Shown: piece after piece, positions 58,662 to 64,000 of the stretch | Layout: each line of letters opens with the position of its first letter | Numbering within the stretch: position 1 is the stretch's first letter | Assembly: GCA_045598345.1 (NCBI GenBank) | Contig: JAZLLX010000093.1 | Span: 54,166 to 118,165 of the forward strand | Origin: Acidaminococcaceae bacterium | Lineage (GTDB): Bacteria > Bacillota > Negativicutes > Acidaminococcales > Acidaminococcaceae | Reading direction: 5' to 3' | Length of the DNA stretch: 64,000 bases | Translations under genes and position numbers: made by a program | Notes under the pieces: generated by a model | What the model was told of the DNA's origin: nothing | The model's input: only the letters and a program-made list of their open reading frames with translations | Database searches by the model: none

Positions 58662-59552
58662 CTAAATTTGTTTGAGTTGGAACTCCTGCACAATCAGCCG
58701 GCTTAAATATGCCAGCAGTTCCTGTCTTCCGGGCACATTTTCCGGCTCTTTTATTTTTTCCTCTTCCAGTTCTTTTAACTGCTCTTCATATTCCTCCAAA
58801 AGAAATTGTTTGTAGTCCAAGCCATATTTTTTTGCATAGTAAATGTTGTCATCCACATTGATTCTTTCACCTTCCGAGGGCCACACCATGCTTTGACCAC
58901 GCTTATGCACCATTCTGATGTCCGGATGAAACCGGATGGTATAATCAGGTGCCAAAGCATGTATTTTCCTTGCCAAATCCGCTTCCTCATTGCAAAAAAA
59001 TATGTTTTCGTCAAAGCCGCCTATCAAATCAAAAACTGTCCTTCTCAAAAAAACATCGCAACCTTCCAAAAACATTGTACGCTCGTCAAACAGGTCATAC
59101 TGCAACGCCAGCCACATAAAATTACGCCGGCAGCAATGACGGTATTCAAACCGGTAGCCGTAAGAACAGCCGTTGCTGCCGTCCTGTTCAAGCATTCTGC
59201 CGCCCAGCCAGCCCAAACGGGGGTCTGCATTAAATTTGTCAACTATCTTTTTGAATACCGGCTCAACCAAGACAATATCATGATTCATAAAGGCAAGTAT
59301 CTCACCATGGGCAAGGGATGCGCCCAAATTACATCCTGCACCGTATCCCGCCCTGTTGTCCTGACTGACATAGATACATTCACCGCTGCCGTGGGTACGC
59401 AATGTTTCCAAAGCATTGTTTTCCTGCGGATTATGGTCAACAATAACAATTTCCAGTTCTTCCCCTATGTCATTGTATTGTTTTACGGAATCAAGAAAAT
59501 CCGCCAGGCATTTGTTGTTGTTGTAAGCCAATGTCACAATGGATATTTTCAC
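58662..59552 (-). CDS. Glycosyltransferase family 2
   Basis: ISIVTLAYNNNKCLADFLDSVKQ...ELEIVIVDHNPQEN...GAGCNLGASLAHGEILAFMNHD matches the GT2 fold signature. Likely start is GTG 59552 (AGGGGA 6 nt upstream, 1 nt after the upstream TGA). The track's ATG 59570 is an alternative. Confidence 0.7.
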   Translation of the reverse strand: MKISIVTLAYNNNKCLADFLDSVKQYNDIGEELEIVIVDHNPQENNALETLRTHGSGECIYVSQDNRAGYGAGCNLGASLAHGEILAFMNHDIVLVEPVFKKIVDKFNADPRLGWLGGRMLEQDGSNGCSYGYRFEYRHCCRRNFMWLALQYDLFDERTMFLEGCDVFLRRTVFDLIGGFDENIFFCNEEADLARKIHALAPDYTIRFHPDIRMVHKRGQSMVWPSEGERINVDDNIYYAKKYGLDYKQFLLEEYEEQLKELEEEKIKEPENVPGRQELLAYLSRLIVQEFQLKQI

Positions 59553-59553
59553 T

Positions 59554-60504
59554 TCAGTTCCCCTGTCCATTTATCTTTCTATAATCCGGCTTTTGGTCAT
59601 CCGTTTTTTTGCCGGCCGCTACCAATTTGTATTCTTTGAAAATCAGTTTGTTCAAATATGCCACCAATTCCTGCCGCTCCCGTACATTTTCGGGACGGTT
59701 TGTTTTTTCTTCTTCCAATCTTTCCGACTCGTCTTTGTATTCCTGCAAAAGATAGGGTTTGTAGTCAAACCCGTATTTTTTGCAGTAATAGAGAAGGTCA
59801 TCCAATGCGATTCTGTCCCCCCTGGGCGCCGGCAAATCGCTCCGCCCCCCCAAGTGTATCATGCGGATATCAGGATGGAACTCAACGGTATAACCTGCCG
59901 CAAAAGTATGGATTTTATTCACTATATCCGCTTCCTCATTACAAAAAAGGTAGTTTTCATCATATCCGCCTATCAAATCAAAAACTTTTCTTCTCATGAA
60001 AGTGGCGCAACCCATCAGAAACATTGTCCTTTCATCAAAAAGATTATATTTCAGCGACTGGCCGGCAAATGAAGGGCGGTATAGGGTGTGATATTCAAAC
60101 CGGTAAGCGTAGGAACAACTGGGGGTTCCGTCCTCCTCCAATATTTTGCCCCCAAGCCAGCCCAAGTTGGGGTTGTTGCTGAATTTTTCAACCGCTTTCC
60201 CGAACACCGGTTCAATCAAAAGCATATCCTGGTTCATAAAGGCAAGTATTTCACCCCGTGCCAAAGATGCGCCTAAGTTATAGCCGCCGCACAGCCCTGC
60301 CCCGTTGTCCTGCGTAACATAAATACATTTGCCTGTTGCGGGATGATTACGCAATGTTTCCAAGGCACTTTTTTCCGGCGGATTATGGTCAACAACAATA
60401 ATTTCCAATTCATCGCCTATGTCGTTGAATTTTTTTATGGAATCAAGGAAATCAGCCAGACATTTGTTGTTATTGTACGCCAATGTTATAACTGAAATTT
60501 TCAC
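59554..60504 (-). CDS. Glycosyltransferase family 2, tandem paralogue
   Basis: 316 aa. GTG start overlaps the rSAM stop (GTGA). KISVITLAYNNNKCLADFLDSIKKFNDIGDELEIIVVDHNPPEK is nearly identical in its N-terminal block to 58662..59552. Both share a charged C-terminal tail (EEYxxxxxxLEEEK..PENV..RQEL.AYL). Confidence 0.7.
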   Translation of the reverse strand: MKISVITLAYNNNKCLADFLDSIKKFNDIGDELEIIVVDHNPPEKSALETLRNHPATGKCIYVTQDNGAGLCGGYNLGASLARGEILAFMNQDMLLIEPVFGKAVEKFSNNPNLGWLGGKILEEDGTPSCSYAYRFEYHTLYRPSFAGQSLKYNLFDERTMFLMGCATFMRRKVFDLIGGYDENYLFCNEEADIVNKIHTFAAGYTVEFHPDIRMIHLGGRSDLPAPRGDRIALDDLLYYCKKYGFDYKPYLLQEYKDESERLEEEKTNRPENVRERQELVAYLNKLIFKEYKLVAAGKKTDDQKPDYRKINGQGN

Positions 60505-61484
60505 TTTGATTGGGCGGCCTGCCGTTCCAACATTTTTTCTTTAACATAATTTTTGGCAATGCACAACGCAAAACATGTTGACGGGCCAAACTTCTTACAG
60601 TTTTTATAGTCACAGGCCATTTCATGTGTGTCCCAATATGCATCCCATTGCCTGTGAAGTTCTTCATGAATATCTTCCCCTTTTTTGTAAATCCTGAAGT
60701 CAGGAATCTTGATGAGGGAATAACTGGAGGAACACCAGATAACCGAACCGTCCGGCATAAAATCCAACGGAGGATTGTTGCAATGTGTTGTGCTAAACTC
60801 TATTTTGTTTCTCATTTGCCTGATAAATTCCGGATGCAGTTCGCAGGCGTTGATCGTGCAGTCAAAACCGATTTCAATATCTGGTTTGACTTTGAAAACT
60901 GTTTCGCAGAATGACAGCATATCATCCGTGTAGTCATAAAAATCAAAAACATTATTGTGTGTTGGGGTTGCAGGGGCAACCCTGATGTGCAAATGTTCTT
61001 CGGATGCGTAATGGTCAATAACTTTTGCAATCCGGTCCGCTTTTACCTGATTCATTTCAGAATCCGGCACAAGAGTTGTGGCAAGGGAAACCCCTGCGTC
61101 AGAGTAGTTGACTATATAGTCAAGGTTTTTGTAAAAAAGCCCTTCCTGGGATTCCGTAAAATCAGTATTTACCAGCCATCCCCTTACGCAACCATATTCA
61201 TTTGCCACTTTACGCAGAAACGGATGCGGTGCAATAAGGTTGCTGAAGAAACATACCCTTCTGTCTTTTTTTTCACAAATGTCTAAAACTTCATACAGGT
61301 GGCTGTACAATAGTGGTTCTCCGCCCATTATGTTAAAATCACCGTTATCCATCAATTCCAATATCTGTGTGAACATGCTGACCGGCATTTCCACTATACC
61401 CCGTCCGTCGCCTTCCAAAAACCATTCCCGCTGAAAGCAGTATTCACATCTTCTGGAACATCTGTTGGTTACCGAAATATTCAT
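60501..61484 (-). CDS. Radical SAM enzyme with C-terminal SPASM-like auxiliary-cluster domain
   Basis: Preferred start is ATG 61484 (GGAGG 7 nt upstream). The track's GTG 61490 is 1 nt from the SD. CxxxCxxC sits at the extreme N-terminus (NRCSRRCEYC), with GGEPLL (IMGGEPLLY). C-terminal HCNNPPLDFMPDGSVIWC fits Cx10Gx4C, followed by CDYKNCKKFGPSTCFALC (Cx4Cx7Cx3C). Confidence 0.8.
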   Translation of the reverse strand: MNISVTNRCSRRCEYCFQREWFLEGDGRGIVEMPVSMFTQILELMDNGDFNIMGGEPLLYSHLYEVLDICEKKDRRVCFFSNLIAPHPFLRKVANEYGCVRGWLVNTDFTESQEGLFYKNLDYIVNYSDAGVSLATTLVPDSEMNQVKADRIAKVIDHYASEEHLHIRVAPATPTHNNVFDFYDYTDDMLSFCETVFKVKPDIEIGFDCTINACELHPEFIRQMRNKIEFSTTHCNNPPLDFMPDGSVIWCSSSYSLIKIPDFRIYKKGEDIHEELHRQWDAYWDTHEMACDYKNCKKFGPSTCFALCIAKNYVKEKMLERQAAQSK

Positions 61485-61486
61485 TT

Positions 61487-62392
61487 TCACACCTCCATTA
61501 AATGCAGATATCCGCCGCTGCTAAAAAAACTTTGAATGTCAGATTCCTGATATTCCATAAAATTTGCTACATCTGACCTGTGATATCCTGTCACCAAATA
61601 GTACTGATATGCCATATATGTCTGCATTTTGTCCACCCGTCCCACAATTTTAAACCGGTTGATACCAAGTTCATGGTACATTTCCCAGTTACTGGCACGC
61701 ACATTATGCTGCCTTCTCCCCGGCTTAAGATACTCGTCTTTGTAAAAACAATTATTTTCCGTAGTCCCATACAAAACACCTTCACTGATATTACGCTCAT
61801 GTTCTTTGCGTTTCGGGCAGTGGGAATGGCAGGTTTCATTTAAGAGAATTTCCAGGTTTTCACGGTGGGTAAATTGTTTCAGCAATCCGTAATTGTTGTT
61901 GAATTCATAAGGAAGCACAACAATCCTGTCCTCAGACAACCTGTTAATGACTTCTATGGTTTCTTTTATTGTAGGGGCAAAATCCGTAGTTGTGCTCCAG
62001 GAAACCGGCAAAGAGGGATATTTCTTCTGAATATATTCTGCCATTATTTCACTGGCAACCATAACACATCCGCCCATTTCCTCAAGCAAGGCGGCCATTG
62101 CATTGCCCGTATAATCGTCCAAATGTTTTTTCTCCAGCAGAAGATTGGTAAAAGTCACTCTGTATTTAATCTTGAAGCACTTGTAAAGCAAAACTATGTT
62201 TTTGAAGTTTTCCAATGTCGCCCGTTCAGCGGTAATCCTGCCGCCATTCCAAATACACCGGCAGGGACAACCATACGCAAAGCCAATTTCAAAATCGTTG
62301 TAAAACCATTGCGGTTCCTTCATTCTGATATAAAGCAAAGAATTCGTCAAATCCCTGACACTTTCAGAATCCGGAATTGAATATATATACAT
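61487..62392 (-). CDS. Cys-motif protein of unknown family, paralogue B
   Basis: Preferred start is ATG 62392 (AAGGAGG 8 nt upstream). This gives MYIYSIPDSES..., collinear with the paralogue A N-terminus MLRFAIPDSYD. The track's TTG 62431 is unsupported. Shared motifs: AYGCPxxCIWNG, IKYRxTFTN, VxWSTTTD, IVVLP, NExCxxxCPxRxEH, RxKIxGR. Confidence 0.6.
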   Translation of the reverse strand: MYIYSIPDSESVRDLTNSLLYIRMKEPQWFYNDFEIGFAYGCPCRCIWNGGRITAERATLENFKNIVLLYKCFKIKYRVTFTNLLLEKKHLDDYTGNAMAALLEEMGGCVMVASEIMAEYIQKKYPSLPVSWSTTTDFAPTIKETIEVINRLSEDRIVVLPYEFNNNYGLLKQFTHRENLEILLNETCHSHCPKRKEHERNISEGVLYGTTENNCFYKDEYLKPGRRQHNVRASNWEMYHELGINRFKIVGRVDKMQTYMAYQYYLVTGYHRSDVANFMEYQESDIQSFFSSGGYLHLMEV

Positions 62393-62436
62393 ACCATCTG
62401 CCTCCTTGTCTTCCTGAATTAATGCGAACAAAAATT

Positions 62437-63339
62437 TTAGTCAGTGTCACGGACAATCTGGGTTGTCCCGCTAAGCTGGCTTTTTAACAACTTGTCCATA
62501 TAATCTAAAAACTGCATCCTGAAAGTGGGTAACACAAAATATTCCAAATAAGCGGTAATTGTGTTTTCCTTGTCCAAACGCCCTTCTATCTTGTACCTTG
62601 TAATGCCCCTCTTGGAAAAAAGGGGGATTTCTGCCCTGCTGATACGGTGTTTGGGTATATATGCCGGGTCGTACTTAATGTTCCGCATCTTACATTCGGG
62701 CATTGTGGCGGTTTCCATAATGTTAAAGAGATTGTTCCTTTTGTAGTGTTCCATCCTGTGAGGGCAGTCGTCAACACACCTTTCATTGACTAAAACCTCT
62801 ATGTTTTCCGGGTGAATCAGCCGGTCCACTTCGGGATGGCTGTTCATATCCCTGGGCAGAACCACAATCGTATTCCGTGAAAGTTCGTTGATTTTTTCCA
62901 CACATTCGTCAGGGGTTTTGCCATAGTCAGTGGTTGTGCTCCAGCAAACTTTCAGATTGGGATATTTTTTCATGTAGTCCGCCATCAGGGGAATGCTAAC
63001 CATCACATAGCCGCCGTACTTGTCCAACACTTCCGCAATTCTGTTGCCGTAGGTGTCATAAAGATGTTCCCGCCGCAAAAGAAAATTTGTAAATGTCAGG
63101 CGGTACTTAATTCCGTGGCGGGCATACAACTCCACCACGCCCTTTCCCCAATCATAGGGTTCAGCAATAATTCCAAATTCTGACCGGCTGCCGTTCCATA
63201 TGCAGGAAGGGGGGCAGCCATAAGCCATTTCTATCTGAAAATCATCATAAAACCATTCCTTTTTTTCCTGCATAATCTGCAAAAGGACGGCATTGATTGG
63301 CCCTGTATCGTATGAATCGGGAATAGCAAAACGTAACAT
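62437..63339 (-). CDS. Cys-motif protein of unknown family, paralogue A
   Basis: 300 aa. ATG follows AAAGGAG by 8 nt. The motif set is the same as 61487..62392. I do not recognise the family. The alternating beta-strand-like hydrophobic blocks suggest an alpha/beta barrel. Confidence 0.6.
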   Translation of the reverse strand: MLRFAIPDSYDTGPINAVLLQIMQEKKEWFYDDFQIEMAYGCPPSCIWNGSRSEFGIIAEPYDWGKGVVELYARHGIKYRLTFTNFLLRREHLYDTYGNRIAEVLDKYGGYVMVSIPLMADYMKKYPNLKVCWSTTTDYGKTPDECVEKINELSRNTIVVLPRDMNSHPEVDRLIHPENIEVLVNERCVDDCPHRMEHYKRNNLFNIMETATMPECKMRNIKYDPAYIPKHRISRAEIPLFSKRGITRYKIEGRLDKENTITAYLEYFVLPTFRMQFLDYMDKLLKSQLSGTTQIVRDTD

Positions 63340-63363
63340 TATGTTTCTCCTTTCAGGTTACAC

Positions 63364-64000
63364 CTATTTTCCGGGTCTGAAAATCATGTCCGTTCCGTAA
63401 AGTTCATCCAATCTGTGCAGGACTTCATTTTCTATCCAAGGGAAATAATCCATGTTGAGGTAGCCGCTAAAACGTGACCGGCAAATATCAACCGCTGCAG
63501 GTACAAACTTTTGTTTCCCCAACCAATTGAAGAATTTATCCACCCTTGCTTTCAATTCCTCCATAGGTAATGGTTCATCCTTTTCTCTGAATATTGATTC
63601 ATTCTCAAATTCAAGATAATAGCGGCCATTTCTTTCCAAAGGTATTGCGTGTATTGATGGCGCTATCCTGAAAGCATTGTATGTGTTCCGTTTTATTTGC
63701 CACCAGGCATCCGGCGTAATTTCCACTACTTTTTTTTCTCCGTCTTTCAAAGTGTCGCTCCAGCAGAAATAATCCAAATCTATATCCAATACCACCGGTG
63801 CCGCAAACTCCCCGTAATCAGTAAGCCCGCCCCTGTAAAAATCAAACGGTCTGATGTTGGAAACAATGTCTTCCTTAGTTTGTTCTTCAAGTTTTTTTCT
63901 TACTTCCTCATCTTTGTCGTCCACATAGTCCAAAATATCCCTTCTGTTCCCGCCTATATCCGTGAACACATGCCCTATAAATTTTTTTTTGAATTCATAG
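63364..64000 (-). CDS. Hypothetical protein, 5'-truncated by the window edge (possibly UPF0489-like)
   Basis: The frame stays open upstream of the track's GTG 63969 to the window end (...YEFKKKFIGHVFTDIGG...), so the true start lies beyond 64000. Contains VVLDIDLDYFCW. The family suggestion is weak and from memory only. Confidence 0.5.
   Translation of the reverse strand, partial: YEFKKKFIGHVFTDIGGNRRDILDYVDDKDEEVRKKLEEQTKEDIVSNIRPFDFYRGGLTDYGEFAAPVVLDIDLDYFCWSDTLKDGEKKVVEITPDAWWQIKRNTYNAFRIAPSIHAIPLERNGRYYLEFENESIFREKDEPLPMEELKARVDKFFNWLGKQKFVPAAVDICRSRFSGYLNMDYFPWIENEVLHRLDELYGTDMIFRPGK

Noticed and set aside
54457-60072. Long ORFs antisense to the island genes (54457..55314 -, 55605..56039 -, 56938..57381 +, 58100..58675 +, 58806..59639 +, 59539..60072 +, and others)
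   Set aside because: Each is fully embedded opposite a gene with clear family motifs and a good SD. None has recognisable motifs or an SD.
54158-62431. Longest-ORF start codons used by the track (GTG 54185, 58693, GTG 61490, TTG 62431)
   Set aside because: In each case a downstream ATG has a properly spaced GGAGG-type SD, removes an overlap with the upstream gene or aligns with the paralogue's N-terminus. The track evidently translates GTG/TTG as M and always takes the most upstream start.
51962-64000. Possibility that the island is a mobile element or phage cargo
   Set aside because: I recognised no integrase, transposase, tRNA attachment site, terminal inverted or direct repeats, or phage structural genes. 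The GC variation follows the coding content.

Overview
About 81% of the window (1-51965) is the 5' part of one uninterrupted minus-strand ORF. It starts at ATG 51965 behind a strong Shine-Dalgarno, runs for at least 17,321 sense codons, and has no stop before the left edge. The supplied ORF track omits it only because it has no stop codon inside the window. The '+' ORFs listed over 1-51960 are antisense or off-frame shadows of it.

The product is a Thr/Gly/Asn/Ala/Val-rich repeat protein that looks like a beta-helix adhesin, and I saw no Cys in the parts I translated. Its architecture is hierarchical:
- a non-repetitive N-terminus with no recognisable Sec signal;
- about 20 AIDA/TibA-type 18-19-aa strand-loop-strand repeats;
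- nine copies of a two-motif 'junction-like' domain, each opening a new beta-helical run;
- a block of about 16 modules of ~275 aa;
- a block of about 17 modules of ~265 aa;
- at least 6 super-modules of 0.8-1.05 kaa.

Directly upstream and translationally coupled are a small unknown ORF and a TibC/Aah-type autotransporter O-heptosyltransferase (BAHT). Next to this operon is a glycan-tailoring island in which the enzymes occur as tandem paralogue pairs: 2 GT8, 2 GT2, 2 DegT-type aminotransferases and 2 Cys-motif proteins of unknown family. The island also holds one radical-SAM/SPASM enzyme and a partial gene at the right edge.

I recognised no rRNA, tRNA, CRISPR, transposase or integrase. All family calls come from motif recognition by eye. 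No database or HMM search was possible, and block boundaries are approximate.
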